Shown here in pieces: positions 61,261 through 64,000 of a DNA stretch of 64,000 bases. The DNA lies in NCBI GenBank assembly GCA_964016885.1, contig OZ024742.1, forward strand, positions 83,018,001 to 83,082,000, written 5' to 3'. Numbering within the stretch: position 1 is the first letter of the stretch; every line of letters starts with the position of its first letter. Origin of the DNA: Eledone cirrhosa (Eukaryota). Position numbers and translations under genes: made by a program. The notes under the pieces were generated by a model. The model had not been told where the DNA came from, did no database searches, and worked only from the letters and a program-made list of their open reading frames with translations.

Positions 61261-61270
<10 letters not shown>
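60862..61270. repeat. Near-perfect palindrome P12 (about 200-bp arms, centre about 61066) in (TA)n
   Basis: About one internal mismatch. Decayed HHR-like TTGATAA..GAAT-CGGCCG. A related fragment lies at about 32122-32200. Confidence 0.93.
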
Positions 61271-61321
<51 letters not shown>

Positions 61322-61530
61322 GCGGTTTGTAAATAATTATGTTTTTTGTAATGAATTCAGTACAGAAGAATACAATGGTACTTATTACTGTATTTGACAG
61401 AAATGTTCGTAAATCAATTAAATAGCCGTTTCTGATTTCAGCCAACCATTTTGGGGGAAAAGGAAAGTCGATTTAATCAATCCCGCAGTGTTACTGGTAA
61501 TTTATTTTATTGATCCCATAAATATGAATA

Positions 61531-62295
61531 CGTTAATATTGAGGTGTTCTTTTAATTAAAATAACACCTCAATACTAACGCTTCCTCATTTAAGAAACAC
61601 CTAGTGAAATGCAAAAACACCGACAAAAACGTAATAGTTAGGATAGAAGCTAAGGAAAGAAACCTCGGGAATCTTAGAATTAAAGAAGCACTGATTATAG
61701 ACAAAACGCAACCACCAATCAATAAAAGACTAGAACTCAACACCCAATTTTTAACATGATAGAGCACCTAGCCTCACACTTACACCTCCACGTACCCTCT
61801 CTCTCTCACACACACACACACGCACACACACACACACAAACACAAATACACACACACAAGCTTACACCTCCACTTATTCTCTCTCACTCACACACATACA
61901 CACACAAAGACCAGTTTTAACATCATAGAGCATCTAGCCCCCACATTTACAAATAAACATATCCTCTCCCCCTCTCACACACACACGCATGCTTGCACCT
62001 TCACGTATTCTCCCACACACACTTAAACATACATGTCCAAACCCCTTTTTAAGGGGAGACAACTCTTTATCCACCTAACCTTCACTCTTTGAAATTAGAA
62101 ATAGAATGGAATTTCTATACCATTTCCTGTCAGCATGACTTGGCAAGCTAATTAGAACACTGGATTAATCCCTTTACTTCCCTCCGAAGAAGAGATATTA
62201 TCTCGAAAATTAAGGATATTTAAATAAATTTGTTAGCAATATCTTTTGCATTTGTATTTATATTCTATATCCATACCTGCATTGTTTTGGCCTTC
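61531..62295 (+). mobile_element. 5'-truncated PLE: small 5' hairpin, GIY-YIG C-terminus, 3' pLTR with HHR-like motif
   Basis: HLNTNASSFKKHLVKC..ERNLGNLRIKEALII..PPINKRLELN is homologous to the end of ORF 52122-52520. 62140-62295 matches P5, with CCGAAGA..GAAA at about 62184-62208. Confidence 0.85.
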
Positions 62296-62340
62296 TAACT
62301 CCAAACTTTTATATATATATATACATATATGTGTGTGTGT

Positions 62341-62423
<83 letters not shown>

Positions 62424-64000
62424 TCTTTCTTTATTTGCCACAGGGGCGTACAAAAATGGGATATTACAAGACGTGACGGCGGGGGTTTTAAATAACCTTA
62501 ACATTAATAAATAACGATAAACTATATATAATAAAATAACAATTGAAATCCCCAGTAGGGGGAGGGGGGCGTTGCTGCAGGGTTGTTTTACACCCCGTAG
62601 ATAGAACAACGCTCAACACCAGGAACACGTTTTGTAGGTGTTCCTGTCTTCCCTCTGTTTATCTTCCTCAACCTACAGGTTTATATACAGAGAAGGCCCA
62701 TTCACTCGGGCCATTTTTGCCACATTCGCCCTCCTTTCAGCGAATTTACCGGGGTGTAGCACCTCTCTCTCCACTCTGACCTTCCTTCTGAAGTGATACT
62801 TAAAAAAGGGTATAAGTTATTGTCCGGAGAGAAAGGTGTTTGCCCTCAGTCCTTTTAACCTCGTCCACCATATTACCTCTTTCGCTATAGCCACCAGACA
62901 GAGGAAAACCGCCTCTCGTTCGTTCTTAAATGAAGGCGGCGGGGTGATCCTCACGATGGACTCGGCTGACAACTAGTTGCATCCCTCAGGTGACAGCAGC
63001 TGTTCGACATAATTCCACAGGTCGGTCACCCCTGGGCGCTGAACAATTGCGTACAGAACGGTTTCGATGTCCTGCTCACATCTTGGACAGGTCCTTTTGA
63101 CAGGATCTCTGCCAGGGCGTCCGTGCCTGTAGATTTTGTCTCAAACTGGTAGAGCTCCTCGGTAGCACTGCCAGGCCAGAGACCTCTAGAAGGTATCCAT
63201 AGGCCCTGGACGGAAAGTCCTCCCGAACAGACTGGTCAGTTCGTCCTCCTCGATGCCTAGAATTTCCCCGATAACGTCGTCGCACTAATTCCCTATAGAA
63301 TGTCGAAATGGAGTCTCCGCTGATTGCCGTTCCCGCTTGGTAGAGGGCTGTGAGCGCCTGTAGGCACTCGAGGTGCCAGGCATCCATTTTCGGTCTTCGC
63401 TTGACCCACGACTGCAGCTCTGTTAGTGAGACGAGTTGTGGAAGAGCTTGACTCACAAACGACAGCCATACCGGTTCACCGGTCAGGAATACCTGGAGAT
63501 CGCGTAGCCTCAGCGCATGTTTGCGCATCATCAGCGGGGGAATACCCAACCCTCCGTTAGAGGGTGTTCACAGCAGATGGAACTCCTCACCAATAGAGCA
63601 TGTTTCTTCCAGAGGAACTTGAAGAATAGGCGTTCCATTTTTGTAAAGTATTTGCGTGGGCAAGGCACGATTGTCAAGCGGTAGTAGATTACGGACGCTA
63701 TGTAAGTGTTCACCACCTCCGCTCGACCTTTCAAGGAGAGTTTGCACTCAGTCCACTTTTGGGTGAGTGCAAACACCTCCACCGTGACCTCGTTCCAGTT
63801 CTTGTCCACCTGGAGGTCTGGACCGAACCAGACCCCGAGCAATTTCACCGGTCCATCCATCCAGCGTCCAACGACTCTGTCGGAAGGCATGGGTTTGCTT
63901 CTCCATCTGCCGAGTTGTAAACCGACAGACTTGTTTGGGTTTAGTCTTGCTCCTGTCAAGATTTCGTATTCCTGTAATAGGTTGCCGATTACCCGGATTT
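62424..64000 (-). mobile_element. Tx1-like LINE 3' portion, running off the window, with a (TATC)n tail
   Basis: TGARLNPNKSVGLQLG..KLLGVWFGPDL..KGRAEVVNTYIASVIYYRL is homologous to 12975-13700. AATAAAGAAAGAT is followed by (TATC)n at 62341-62423. Confidence 0.92.

Overview
This is AT-rich, microsatellite-dense eukaryotic DNA with no recognisable host gene. The tRNA-derived SINEs resemble the octopus SINE families, so a coleoid cephalopod is likely (recalled similarity, not searched). The window is almost entirely mobile DNA: a deleted Ty3/Gypsy element, a Helitron-like element, four Tx1/L1-like LINE copies (one near full length), RTE LINEs, mariner remnants, SINEs and several Penelope-like elements (PLEs; RT plus GIY-YIG) from at least three lineages. 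The most striking structure is about 13 fold-back palindromes (0.1-2.1 kb) and two short partial tandems, mostly in or beside (TA)n tracts. Many carry minimal type I hammerhead ribozyme (HHR) motifs with palindromic loop III, followed by AATAAA and a GAGTRCT motif about 72-76 nt downstream. One partial tandem has two HHRs 545 nt apart, like a retrozyme. Two junctions join 5'-truncated PLE segments from different families head to head. All coordinates were read by eye and may be off by a few bases. No alignment, folding or database search was run.
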